Shown: piece by piece, positions 1 through 8,343 of the stretch
Position numbering within the stretch: position 1 is the stretch's first letter
Layout: the number at the start of each line of letters is the position of its first letter
Source of the DNA: a virus
Lineage: Duplodnaviria > Caudoviricetes
IMG/VR virus record: IMGVR_UViG_3300035562_000067
Location: 1 to 26,152 of that record
DNA length: 26,152 nucleotides
Strand: one strand, 5' to 3'
Program-made: the position numbers and the translations under genes
Notes under the pieces: model-generated
What the model was told of the DNA's origin: nothing
Seen by the model: only the letters and a program-made list of their open reading frames with translations
Database searches by the model: none

Positions 1-105
1 ATATACTTAGCGATCGCTGTGTGATGTCTGGGATCCGCTTTCGAAACGGGCTACACTCCGCAGCCAGACATCCTATAAAAACTGATATAGAGAGGCAGAG
101 GCACC

Positions 106-126
106 GTGGCTCAATACGTCTATACC
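106..126 (+). pseudogene. ettA: First 7 codons (MAQYVYT, GTG start) of host ettA/yjjK, cut off by prophage insertion
   Basis: GTGGCTCAATACGTCTATACC after a GAGG SD; matches the enterobacterial EttA N-terminus MAQ(F/Y)VYTMHRV as I recall it, and diverges exactly at the att core. Confidence 0.75.
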
Positions 127-136
127 GTAATGAGCC
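108..136. other. Prophage attachment site (attL/attR) core for a tyrosine integrase
   Basis: GGCTCAATACG (108-118) / 7-bp spacer TCTATAC (119-125) / CGTAATGAGCC (126-136); arms are inverted repeats matching 10/11. Confidence 0.75.
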
Positions 137-244
137 TCTTTTTGTCACACCTGCTCAATACTGCTTATATTATGTTTTTACTGGGTTTTTTATCTTTCTT
201 GAGAAACCTGCTCCCGCTCAGAAACACCCATTTTTACCCTATCC

Positions 245-265
245 ATGCCCCATTTATGCCCCATT
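245..265 (+). repeat. Tandem 10-bp direct repeat ATGCCCCATT, probable integrase arm-type binding sites
   Basis: Exact copies at 245-254 and 256-265 (11-bp period) with degenerate flanking copies, ~120 bp inside the att core. Confidence 0.65.
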
Positions 266-278
266 GCCTCACTGAGCA

Positions 279-322
279 TTGAAAAAATCACCCTCCCGAA
301 TATACTGTATAAAACAACAGTT
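279..322 (+). promoter_or_regulatory. Sigma70 promoter with overlapping LexA (SOS) box
   Basis: TTGAAA (279-284), 16 bp, TATACT (301-306); SOS box taCTGtataaaacaaCAGtt (303-322, CTG-N10-CAG) upstream of the dinI-like genes. Confidence 0.88.
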
Positions 323-340
323 AAATTTAGGAGTGCATAA

Positions 341-583
341 ATGTTCGTAGAACTCGTATTTGATAAACGTAACGTGGCAGAACTTCCTGGTGCTGCTGAA
401 ATGATCAAGGCAGAACTGACCAAGCGGGTTCACTGTATTTTTCCAGCTGCTGACGTTCGGGTAAAACCAATGCAGGCCAACAGCCTGAACACAGACGCCA
501 GCAAAAGCGATAAAGAAAAGCTGAATCGGATGCTGGAAGAAATGTTCGAAGAATCGGACCAGTGGTTGATAAGCGATAACTGA
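341..583 (+). CDS. DinI-like family protein (MsgA-type)
   Basis: MFVELVFDKRN...ELTKRVHCIFPAADVRVKPM...EEMFEESDQWL signature; AGGAG SD; SOS box upstream. Confidence 0.85.
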   Translation: MFVELVFDKRNVAELPGAAEMIKAELTKRVHCIFPAADVRVKPMQANSLNTDASKSDKEKLNRMLEEMFEESDQWLISDN

Positions 584-593
584 GGGGGCGATC

Positions 594-830
594 ATGCTTT
601 ACGTTGAAGTGACTATCGACAAGAAAAAACAACTTCCTGCCGGCGCAGCGTCAGCGCTGGCCATTGAGCTGAATAAACGGTTACAGCGTAAATTTCCTGA
701 TGTTGAAGCCACCGTTCGGATAGCTGGTATGGATGGGCTGTCAGTGCGCAACGGTACGCCAGCAGACAAAGAGGCTATCGAGGAAGTACTGCAGGAGACG
801 TGGGAAAGCGCGGACGACTGGTTTCAATAA
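594..830 (+). CDS. dinI: DNA damage-inducible protein DinI homolog
   Basis: EVTI..LPAGA..ALA.EL..R and the C-terminal LQETWESADDWF match E. coli DinI. Confidence 0.9.
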   Translation: MLYVEVTIDKKKQLPAGAASALAIELNKRLQRKFPDVEATVRIAGMDGLSVRNGTPADKEAIEEVLQETWESADDWFQ

Positions 831-831
831 T

Positions 832-892
832 TATAACTCCTATAACCCCAGAAGTGATTGACGCCAATTCAATTTAGGGTTATTATAACTCC
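832..892 (+). promoter_or_regulatory. hicAB promoter with putative HicB operator repeats
   Basis: TTGACG (858-863), 17 bp, TATTAT (881-886); near-palindrome GGGTTAT-T-ATAACTC (877-891) over the -10; TATAACYCC at 832, 841 and 884. Confidence 0.7.
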
Positions 893-918
893 ACCAGCAA
901 AATATAGAGAGCCGGAGG

Positions 919-1098
919 ATGGATAGCAGGAATGCAATAGCAATGATTGAAGCCGATGGGTGGTATCTGGTGAGAGTGAAAGGCAGTCACCACCAGTTTA
1001 AGCACCCCTCGAAGAAAGGGCTGGTAACGGTAAAACACCCACAGAAAGACATACCGCTGCCAACACTGAAAAGTATCAAGAAACAGGCGGGGCTCTAA
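919..1098 (+). CDS. hicA: HicA family mRNA interferase toxin (59 aa, absent from ORF track)
   Basis: My translation: MDSRNAIAMIEADGWYLVRVKGSHHQFKHPSKKGLVTVKHPQKDIPLPTLKSIKKQAGL; GW...GSH..F.HP motif; directly upstream of hicB. Confidence 0.95.
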   Translation: MDSRNAIAMIEADGWYLVRVKGSHHQFKHPSKKGLVTVKHPQKDIPLPTLKSIKKQAGL

Positions 1099-1120
1099 GC
1101 CCCACCTCTTGGAGGTTTAC

Positions 1121-1531
1121 ATGTTGTATCCAGTTGCTATTGATAAAGGCGATTCATCCTTCGGCGTTCGCGTACCTGATATTCCTGGCTGCTTCTCTGG
1201 GGGCGACAACTATCAAGATGCGATCGAGAGTGTGCGAGAAGCCATCGAGGCGCATATCGAATTATTGGTTGAAGATGGCGAAGCAGTGCCGGAAGGAACT
1301 AACGTTGAAACCTGGTTATCTGATCCAGATTACGCTGGCGTCGTCTGGGCGCTCGTCGATGTGGATATCACTCGGCTTATGGGCAAAGCGGAGAAAATTA
1401 ACGTGACACTCCCCTCATTGCTGATCCGCCGTATCGATCAGTTCGTCGCCGCGCATCCTGAATATGGCAGCCGCTCCGGCTTCCTCTCAAGGGTTGCAGC
1501 TGATAGAGTGATAAGTAGAGATAATCATTAA
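1121..1531 (+). CDS. hicB: HicB family antitoxin with C-terminal RHH domain
   Basis: YPVAI...VRVPDIPGCFSGGD...EAIEAH N-terminal domain and KINVTLP...IDQF...SRSGFL RHH; GGAGG SD before ATG 1121. Confidence 0.95.
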   Translation: MLYPVAIDKGDSSFGVRVPDIPGCFSGGDNYQDAIESVREAIEAHIELLVEDGEAVPEGTNVETWLSDPDYAGVVWALVDVDITRLMGKAEKINVTLPSLLIRRIDQFVAAHPEYGSRSGFLSRVAADRVISRDNH

Positions 1532-1550
1532 GCCTCGCAAGAGGCTTTTT
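1530..1550 (+). terminator. Intrinsic terminator after hicB
   Basis: AAGCCTC-GCAA-GAGGCTT followed by a T run. Confidence 0.85.
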
Positions 1551-1577
1551 CATTAGCAAATTAAAAACCGCAGATAT

Positions 1578-2588
1578 ATGAACAGAATAAAATGGATGGA
1601 TCTAGTAAGAAGTTTGGCTATTATCTTTGTCATATTATTACATGTAGCAGATGAATATCTGTCAGGGATGACGCTAACTGAATATCAATGGACCTTATAT
1701 CAAGGATTTAGAATTTTCGGTCGTCTTGGTGTGCCGCTATTCCTGATGCTATCAGGAGCCCTAATTTTATCAAGCATATCAACGACACCAATAGCTCAGT
1801 TTTATAAAAAGAGGTTGCCGCAATTCGTTTTACTGACTGTGTTTTATTTCTTCATAACAAATATATTCTGTTCATATCTTTACGGATTTTCTTTTAATGC
1901 CAGAGATTACCTTTATAGTCTAATTACCTTTAAACCGACCTTCGCCTATCAGCTATGGTACATGTATATAATAATAATTCTTTATATACTATCACCATTC
2001 ATAGCTAGAGTTCTAAGCGTTATGTCTTTTCGCAATACCATTATTGCATTCACGACCTTCCTTATAACAATCGCAATATCAAAATCGATAGGCTCTTCTG
2101 AATTAGGAGCGCTATGGAGCAAATACGCCCCATATATGGCTTACTTTATCTTTGGGTATTTGATTTTTGAACATGGGCTTTTAAAAGGAATTTCGTTCCG
2201 CATTACTTCTATTGCATTTTTAATTTCATACTTATTGACGTTATGCGTACAAATTTATCTAAAAAAAATCGGCATGTTTCATGGTGAAGGGATGACATGG
2301 TATTCATCCCCTTTTATTATAATCACCAGCATGGCTCTTTTCTCTGCCTTAAGTAAAACCAATATCAGTGAACATGCCTATAGAATTCTGAAGCCTATCA
2401 GCCTAAATAGCTTTGGGATTTATCTAATCCATCTTATTCCGATGTTCTTTATGTTAAAAATAATTGAAGGGGTAAATTTAAATACAATAATTAAAGCATC
2501 AACGGTTTGTGTGACTGTCTTTATATTTAGTTTTATTTACTCACTCCTGTTATCTAAAATCCCTTTTATTAAAAAACTGGTTATATAA
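1578..2588 (+). CDS. Acyltransferase-3 family membrane O-acetyltransferase (WecH/YiaH/Oac-like), lysogenic conversion moron
   Basis: RIKWMDLVRSLAI..VILLH, VPLFLMLSG, KKRL, YQLWYM, YFIFGY and SFGIYLIH motifs; many hydrophobic segments; AT-rich; opposite strand to the late operon. Confidence 0.9.
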   Translation: MNRIKWMDLVRSLAIIFVILLHVADEYLSGMTLTEYQWTLYQGFRIFGRLGVPLFLMLSGALILSSISTTPIAQFYKKRLPQFVLLTVFYFFITNIFCSYLYGFSFNARDYLYSLITFKPTFAYQLWYMYIIIILYILSPFIARVLSVMSFRNTIIAFTTFLITIAISKSIGSSELGALWSKYAPYMAYFIFGYLIFEHGLLKGISFRITSIAFLISYLLTLCVQIYLKKIGMFHGEGMTWYSSPFIIITSMALFSALSKTNISEHAYRILKPISLNSFGIYLIHLIPMFFMLKIIEGVNLNTIIKASTVCVTVFIFSFIYSLLLSKIPFIKKLVI

Positions 2589-2592
2589 ATAA

Positions 2593-2623
2593 GATTCGGG
2601 AGGTCGATACCCCCGATCCTTTT
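2593..2623. terminator. Probable terminator between the convergent acyltransferase and tfa genes
   Basis: Imperfect hairpin TCGGGAGGT-CGAT-ACCCCCGA then CCTTTT in a 38-bp convergent gap. Confidence 0.45.
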
Positions 2624-2626
2624 GCA

Positions 2627-3247
2627 TCATACAGGTTTAACAGGCCAATTAATGTCCGGTGCATCAGCAGTATTAACTCGACCCAGCAGCACGCTGTAAC
2701 GCTCCCAAGCTTCGAGCAGGGCGGCCTCCTCGTCGGTGGCCATATCATACTTCACGGCGCGCTTGAACCTTTCGATAACCTCATCAGTTTCATCCTGTAA
2801 CTGCTTCAACTTCACATCTGCTGCCGACACCTCGGCAGCATGTTGCGCGTCTTTGTCGGTCACCCACTGCATGTCCTCCCACTTGTCGTACGACGTCCGG
2901 GGTGCCAACAGTGTCAGCGTAGGCGACAAGTATCCCATCTCTGTGACGGTCTCCGGCTGGCCAGTGTCGGTACTGTAAGCTGTCTGGCCACGATAGTCTG
3001 GAACGATTTCCCAGGCTTTACCGTCTGTGGTACGGCGAACGGCCTTACCTGATTCTGTGGGAAGTTCTGGCGCGTCTACATAGGCCATTGCAGGAAGAGT
3101 AGTACCCACGGCCACATATTCCCGCCAGGCCCGAAAATACTCCCTGTCAGGTGTAGCCGTATATATCATTACCCATCCAGCCGAAATCGCGAATCCATCA
3201 GTTCCAAAAGTCGCCACTGGTATTTCTAGTGAATATTTTTGACTCAT
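2627..3247 (-). CDS. tfa: Tail fibre assembly chaperone (Tfa / Caudo_TAP)
   Basis: W..VPDYRG..Y, ATDEE..LLEAWERY.VLL.RVNT..APDINWP.KP C-terminus; follows the fibre gene. Confidence 0.92.
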   Translation of the reverse strand: MSQKYSLEIPVATFGTDGFAISAGWVMIYTATPDREYFRAWREYVAVGTTLPAMAYVDAPELPTESGKAVRRTTDGKAWEIVPDYRGQTAYSTDTGQPETVTEMGYLSPTLTLLAPRTSYDKWEDMQWVTDKDAQHAAEVSAADVKLKQLQDETDEVIERFKRAVKYDMATDEEAALLEAWERYSVLLGRVNTADAPDINWPVKPV

Positions 3248-4674
3248 TATGCTGCCCTTACTATGTAGTTAAATGCAATGTTACGCGGTCGAGTTTCACC
3301 CGCAATGCGAGGAGAGCCACCATTAAAATCATGGTTTGACACTCCATTCACTAAATCACCATCCCCAGTATAATTTGAGCCCCCATCAGGAATGGCTGTC
3401 TGTCCTCCTCCCCCGCCCAAGTTTCTCAGTCGGATAGCCTTATGCCCGTGATCCTGTAAAGCATCACTTTCTGATGAAAGTATCCATCTGCCTGCATTAA
3501 CTCCGCGCCCATCATCCCAGCCGCGAATAAATTCGCCACGTAAATCAGGCAAAGCTCCAGATGGATATGCTGAGGCCAGTAATGGATATTGTGATTTATT
3601 AAAAGCCTGTCCGTTACATTTCAGCCACCCTGTCGGCGGAGTTTCCTGTGGCCAAGGTTGGGGAATACCCACAGGTGCAACCTCAGAACCGTTAATTCTG
3701 AACTCACCGTTATGGCGAAATTCAATCCAAGCATCCCTTCCGCCGCTCTTTGCATGTATTGACAACGCGGCATACTGCCCCAGTAACTCACTGAAATAAA
3801 TATCCGCAAATTGGTCACCAAAGCCCTGAATATGAAGACCATTAGTTTGCCGCCAATCCCCAGCGTCGTTGTGGAAAGAGAAAACACCAGTTTTATTGAT
3901 GAAGCTCATACCATTGACAGCTAGATCCCCATCTACAGCAGCATTCCCACCAACAAACAATCCTTTAGTTACATTCAATGCGGCTATAGTGTCACCAGTT
4001 TTATAAACAAAACGGTTATCCGCTTCCGTTTTACTCCACGCCCCAACATCAGCAGCCGTTGGCTTATAGGCGGTGGTATATACCCGGTTCCACGCAACGC
4101 CATTCGATGCGGTTGTTGAGCGCCCGACATGCAATTCACCATTGTTACCAGCGGCCAAATATACCGCAGAAGGTGCGCCGTCACATGGAAGACAAATAAC
4201 CCCGTAGACACTGCCGCCGGGAGTGCTGGCGCTTGAGCTGTTGATGCGGTAAATCTGTGCCAGATCACTGAAAGCATCAGCTTTATGTTGCGGACCACCC
4301 CCCAAGCCGAATGCACCAACCGGCATAACATTGCCCGCTGCTGTGCCAACATCCTTTGTGGCTGCTGTACCTAATTGAAGGTTACCTCGGGCTTCAGCTA
4401 CGTTCGCAAGATCCGACAGGTTATTCGCTTTTTTCAAAAAACCCGGATCGGTGATCGCTTTCTGTATTGCCAGATACAGCTGGTTGTGTTTCGATTTGTC
4501 CAGCACCATGCCGGTGGATTCAATGGCGTTGGCGATTTCCTCCTGCACCGCATCCCACATATCGCTGTTCAGGTCGGTAGCCCGACGCCCGGTAGACGGA
4601 TCGCCATTAGTAAAACCGTTCTTCCCTTGGCCAAACTTGTCAATCTGGGCCGTAGGGGTATCAATTCGATGCAT
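3247..4674 (-). CDS. Tail fibre protein with tail-collar domain
   Basis: SfV-type N-terminus [22 protein letters not shown]; collar motif [36 protein letters not shown]; ends [15 protein letters not shown]; start placed at the second Met. Confidence 0.93.
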   Translation of the reverse strand: MHRIDTPTAQIDKFGQGKNGFTNGDPSTGRRATDLNSDMWDAVQEEIANAIESTGMVLDKSKHNQLYLAIQKAITDPGFLKKANNLSDLANVAEARGNLQLGTAATKDVGTAAGNVMPVGAFGLGGGPQHKADAFSDLAQIYRINSSSASTPGGSVYGVICLPCDGAPSAVYLAAGNNGELHVGRSTTASNGVAWNRVYTTAYKPTAADVGAWSKTEADNRFVYKTGDTIAALNVTKGLFVGGNAAVDGDLAVNGMSFINKTGVFSFHNDAGDWRQTNGLHIQGFGDQFADIYFSELLGQYAALSIHAKSGGRDAWIEFRHNGEFRINGSEVAPVGIPQPWPQETPPTGWLKCNGQAFNKSQYPLLASAYPSGALPDLRGEFIRGWDDGRGVNAGRWILSSESDALQDHGHKAIRLRNLGGGGGQTAIPDGGSNYTGDGDLVNGVSNHDFNGGSPRIAGETRPRNIAFNYIVRAA

Positions 4675-5248
4675 TCTTTTCTCCTTCAGGATAGGCAAAC
4701 ACCACGACGGTATGGGATGGGCACAGCTTATCGATAACGCATTCCACCACCGTATCGCCCCAGGTGCGGATAGCGCTATTACACGCGCTGGTGCAGGTCT
4801 GCCAGGCTACTGTTGAGTCAGTGGGAATATTCACGCGCCAATAATAGCGCCACTTGTCACCCCACTCCGGATCTGGGGTGGCATCCAGATTCTGAAATTG
4901 TTCAATAGTGGCCGAGTAATAGCCCAGCGCATCCAGCTGTTGGCGGTAAAACTGTTCGTTAATCCCACCCGGTATATTGATTTTTGCGTCAAGACGCTGC
5001 TGGCGTTGACGAAGTGTTTGCACGCCGGGGGGCGCGCAGGAATCAGGCAGCCCACAGAGCGTTTCGTAACGGCCGATCAGCTCAACCGTCTGTGCCGGGT
5101 CAATCTCACGCATCAGGTCATCACCACGCTGGTGAACGGCAGCCAAAGACGGTGCCAAACCGTTCAGCAGCGGGTTATCTCCTTCCCAGGCAGGCCCCGG
5201 CGGCAGCAGATGATAAAGCAGCCGGGTATAATCATCTTCAAGTGACAT
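4661..5248 (-). CDS. Baseplate protein, YmfQ/DUF2313 (Mu gp48-like)
   Basis: [33 protein letters not shown]; position after baseplate J. Confidence 0.88.
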   Translation of the reverse strand: MSLEDDYTRLLYHLLPPGPAWEGDNPLLNGLAPSLAAVHQRGDDLMREIDPAQTVELIGRYETLCGLPDSCAPPGVQTLRQRQQRLDAKINIPGGINEQFYRQQLDALGYYSATIEQFQNLDATPDPEWGDKWRYYWRVNIPTDSTVAWQTCTSACNSAIRTWGDTVVECVIDKLCPSHTVVVFAYPEGEKNASN

Positions 5249-5251
5249 GCG

Positions 5252-6325
5252 TTACCCCGCGCTGTAGTTTGACCAGGTTACCGTTCCCAAAACGGGTAGC
5301 TCCACGTTACCCAGCGTAATATTGGCGGTCGGCGCATCCAGTCGGTGAGCATATTCCCCGGTAGCGATACTGATGGCTTCGCTGATGCGCGACAGATGTA
5401 TGGTGCCGGATGGAACACCATCACGTAAAAACAGAGAGTTAAGCTCAGCAATGACAGCGGCGCGGATCTCCGGCGTGTCTTTCGCCAGGGCAATTGTCAT
5501 GGGGATCACTTTCTCAGTTGCTGCGAACACGAACAACCCACCGCCCGCAACCGGTGCCAGCGGTAATATATGCACCCTTACGGCAGTCACCGTGTCGGTC
5601 GGCGGCGCCGGATGCGTTGCATCTCCGGTGGCCACCATTACCCCCACCGTACCGATCCCTTGGTAATGTCGAAATGTCCAGGCGCGGGTAATGCTGGCAA
5701 CTTCTTTGGCCCAAATCACATAATCATGGTCTGCGCCGCCCTGCGGAGTGTAAAACCACCGTTCCATAATGCGGCCACGCCAGGTTTCCAATGGTTCAAT
5801 GTCTTCACCGCCAGCCACATCATCGGCATAGCCGGTCGAAGACAAACCACCTATGGGGGTCACCAGACGCAGGGCAATTCCATCATCCGTATTGCCATCA
5901 CGCCCCGCTTCATCCGCCAAAACAGGGGCTCTCAGCACACCACCTGATGCCTTGACAGTTAATGTAGTCGTATAAGTTCGCTGATCGTCACGCTGTACTA
6001 CCGTGCCCGCAGGCAGCTCGGCCGTACCGCTGACATCCTGCCAGCGAACGAAACCGACGGCGGCGATGGATGCTTTCCGGGGGCAACGCTTCATCGCGCC
6101 ATGCCGCACCAACCAATCAGGATCGGCCTGGTCCGGCAACATGTTTCGCGCAAGATAGTCGATGTAGCCATATAGCGTATGAACGGCCGCTGCCTGCACG
6201 CGCGCATACACCTCCGCATCCAGACGACGCAGCACCACATCTTCATTGAACCTCGTGAGCAAATCGCTTCTGATCGTCGCGATGAGTTGCGGCAGGGGCG
6301 GCCTGCTGAAATCACTGTCAGCCAT
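5252..6325 (-). CDS. Baseplate J-like wedge protein (Mu gp47-like)
   Basis: PQGGADHDYVIWAKEV, GGEDIE..ETWRGRI; start trimmed to MADSDF. Confidence 0.9.
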   Translation of the reverse strand: MADSDFSRPPLPQLIATIRSDLLTRFNEDVVLRRLDAEVYARVQAAAVHTLYGYIDYLARNMLPDQADPDWLVRHGAMKRCPRKASIAAVGFVRWQDVSGTAELPAGTVVQRDDQRTYTTTLTVKASGGVLRAPVLADEAGRDGNTDDGIALRLVTPIGGLSSTGYADDVAGGEDIEPLETWRGRIMERWFYTPQGGADHDYVIWAKEVASITRAWTFRHYQGIGTVGVMVATGDATHPAPPTDTVTAVRVHILPLAPVAGGGLFVFAATEKVIPMTIALAKDTPEIRAAVIAELNSLFLRDGVPSGTIHLSRISEAISIATGEYAHRLDAPTANITLGNVELPVLGTVTWSNYSAG

Positions 6326-6731
6326 TGAGTTCACTCCATAAGTCGTCAAAGGTAATCTGGTGGCGGGTGCCATCTCGCTGCCATAGTGTGATCGCAACTG
6401 CCAGCATATCGATGCCTGTTCGTTCAACCACTGTGTCAATACGCGCAGCAACCCCGTCATCAACCATCCAGGCCAACGCCTGGTTGATATAGGTTCTGGC
6501 CAGAGACGGCGTTTGATTGGTCAATTTTGCCCGGCGTAATAAATAAAGCCGGGAACCGATGCGGTCATTCTGCACTGTCGGCCAGGTATCCCCCCACCAG
6601 CCCATTGGCTGCTCAGCGTTATCGTCCGACTCCGCCCGGCGCCAGGAAAAGAGCGAGATCACAACCGACCGTGTCAACCTGTCGAGTGGCGCATTCCCCG
6701 GATAGCGCACACCATTAACAATCAAGATCAT
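6318..6731 (-). CDS. Phage GP46 family baseplate protein
   Basis: SVVISLFSWRRA, GWWGD, IGSRLYLLRR.K, AL.W..DDG. Confidence 0.9.
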   Translation of the reverse strand: MILIVNGVRYPGNAPLDRLTRSVVISLFSWRRAESDDNAEQPMGWWGDTWPTVQNDRIGSRLYLLRRAKLTNQTPSLARTYINQALAWMVDDGVAARIDTVVERTGIDMLAVAITLWQRDGTRHQITFDDLWSELNG

Positions 6732-7267
6732 CACTTCATCTCCTGATTCGGTTTGCCGGTCTGGCCACCGTGTGTGTCGTCATGGTCGTGGTCGTTGTAC
6801 TGCTCACGCATTTTGCTCAGCGTGCTGGTTTTATCGGAGATCTCTCCATTCGGCACCTCAAGCAGTGGCGTATTAAACGTCGCTTTCTCTTCGGCATTAA
6901 CAATAAAATGTTTGGTTTTGACCTCAACCCTATTACCACGCCGCAGAACGATGCTGTCACCTTCATCGGAGTACAACGCCACCTCACCACTTTGTAGGCC
7001 GGTCAGTCGGTACCGCCGATCGGCCACGGTGATCACCACGCCGTGCGAGCGGTCGCCCGACAGGAATAACGCTACCGCTTCCGCACCGGGGTGAGCCGCG
7101 GCCGTAAAACCGTAGGGCTCCAGGTGCTCAACACTGGATTTAGGATCACCGGCCACCAGGGCCACATCCACCGTCTGGCATTTGGCTGCGCTGTTCAGGC
7201 CCCGCACTACGGCCCGTGCGAGCAGGTTGGACAGGCCGCGCTGTATTGCCTCCATCGGGTTACGCAT
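6731..7267 (-). CDS. Baseplate spike (gpV / Mu gp45-like)
   Basis: VEHLEPYGFTA, DRRYRL.GL..GEVALY, C-terminal HxH metal-binding tip (YNDHDH). Confidence 0.9.
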   Translation of the reverse strand: MRNPMEAIQRGLSNLLARAVVRGLNSAAKCQTVDVALVAGDPKSSVEHLEPYGFTAAAHPGAEAVALFLSGDRSHGVVITVADRRYRLTGLQSGEVALYSDEGDSIVLRRGNRVEVKTKHFIVNAEEKATFNTPLLEVPNGEISDKTSTLSKMREQYNDHDHDDTHGGQTGKPNQEMK

Positions 7268-8343
7268 CAAAAATCATCCTCGTCTTGTTTTTTGGCTTTT
7301 TTGCGCTTTCCGGGTTTCTCTGGTTCTGGAAGGTACGCATCCTCTGGCCCCACACGCAGCTCAGTCAGCGTTCCGCCGTCATCCTGGGAATACGTCACCT
7401 CGGCGATCACCATTTCCCGGTTGTTAAAATCCAGCAAAGGATCAAACACAATCACACGCTGGTTGGGCTGCCATAACTGCCCGTCACCCTGGCGCCAGCC
7501 CTGCACCGTATAGGTGGCTTCATCGGTTCTAGCCGCGCGCTGCCGTGCTTCAAATTGGCAGCGTGATTGACAGGTTGATCCAGTCGCGTTGCCGGTTTGC
7601 TGGAGGTAATGCGGACGGTACCGGGTGACGCCACTGTCTTTTGCCGTGGCGCGTATCGCCGAAATCGTTGCTTCACCAAAATCGTCATCTCCGCCGGCGC
7701 GCTGACCTGCCACCTGATAGTCGGAGAACCGATCGCGTATGCTCTGCTCGGTATCACAACGCAGCACGTTCTCACCGAAGACCAGTGCAGTTGTGGCATG
7801 CGTAGTACCAATAGCCCCCACCACCAGCCGCCCCTGTGGATCGTCATAGGCCAATGCCTGCTGCTGGCCCAGCAATTTATTCAGCACCTCATTGACAGTT
7901 TCACCGTGATCGGCCTGAACGCCCTGCAAAGCCCCTGAGGGGGCACCGGCATCAACCACCGAAACACCGAACGGTTTGGCAAGCTGCATGGCAATTTGCA
8001 CCAGTGTACGGCCAGAAAACTGAGTAGGTGCCGCGGTGCAGTCAATCAGGTCGGCCGTTTTGCTCCTGCCAGTCAGTCCAAAACTGATCCCTCGCGCGTC
8101 GTAACGCACCGGGGTCGCTTCTACCCAGCCGGTGATCACCAGGTCGTCACCGATCAGGACCTCCACGGCATCCCCTTTTTTAACCCTGGGCGCCAATGGA
8201 ACACTGCCTGACTCACCGGGCCATTGCCGAGTGATCTGCACGTTGAAGTCTCTGGCCAGACGCTCAATGCCGGCGGCAATCTTGACGGTGGTCCAGCCAC
8301 CCCACTCGCGGCCGCTTACCCTTAACGTGACGGTATTATTCAT
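7267..8343 (-). CDS. Baseplate hub protein (Mu gp44/P-like)
   Basis: WGGWTTV.I.AGIE..ARDF, GRSKTADLIDC, VQGWRQGDG.LWQPN. Confidence 0.88.
   Translation of the reverse strand: MNNTVTLRVSGREWGGWTTVKIAAGIERLARDFNVQITRQWPGESGSVPLAPRVKKGDAVEVLIGDDLVITGWVEATPVRYDARGISFGLTGRSKTADLIDCTAAPTQFSGRTLVQIAMQLAKPFGVSVVDAGAPSGALQGVQADHGETVNEVLNKLLGQQQALAYDDPQGRLVVGAIGTTHATTALVFGENVLRCDTEQSIRDRFSDYQVAGQRAGGDDDFGEATISAIRATAKDSGVTRYRPHYLQQTGNATGSTCQSRCQFEARQRAARTDEATYTVQGWRQGDGQLWQPNQRVIVFDPLLDFNNREMVIAEVTYSQDDGGTLTELRVGPEDAYLPEPEKPGKRKKAKKQDEDDF

Noticed and set aside
1-136. tRNA or tmRNA as the integration target
   Set aside because: No cloverleaf, T-loop or CCA end visible; the core lies in a protein-coding start
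109-161. 9-bp direct repeat GCTCAATAC at 109-117 and 153-161 as a target-site duplication
   Set aside because: Only 44 bp apart with no element between; chance or a secondary core-like site
21-275. 84-aa plus-strand ORF
   Set aside because: Crosses the host-phage junction and att arm repeats, has no SD and no recognisable motif
245-892. Short direct repeats as a CRISPR array or iterons
   Set aside because: Only 9-10 bp and 2-3 copies, no spacers; better explained as integrase arm sites and HicB operators
2627-4674. Invertible tail fibre cassette or diversity-generating retroelement
   Set aside because: No invertase, inverted second fibre/tfa copy, reverse transcriptase or template/variable repeat pair seen in the window
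6770-6800. His/Asp repeat (HDHDDTH) at the spike C-terminus as a novel metal-binding tag
   Set aside because: Consistent with the usual HxH iron-binding tip of gpV/gp45 spikes
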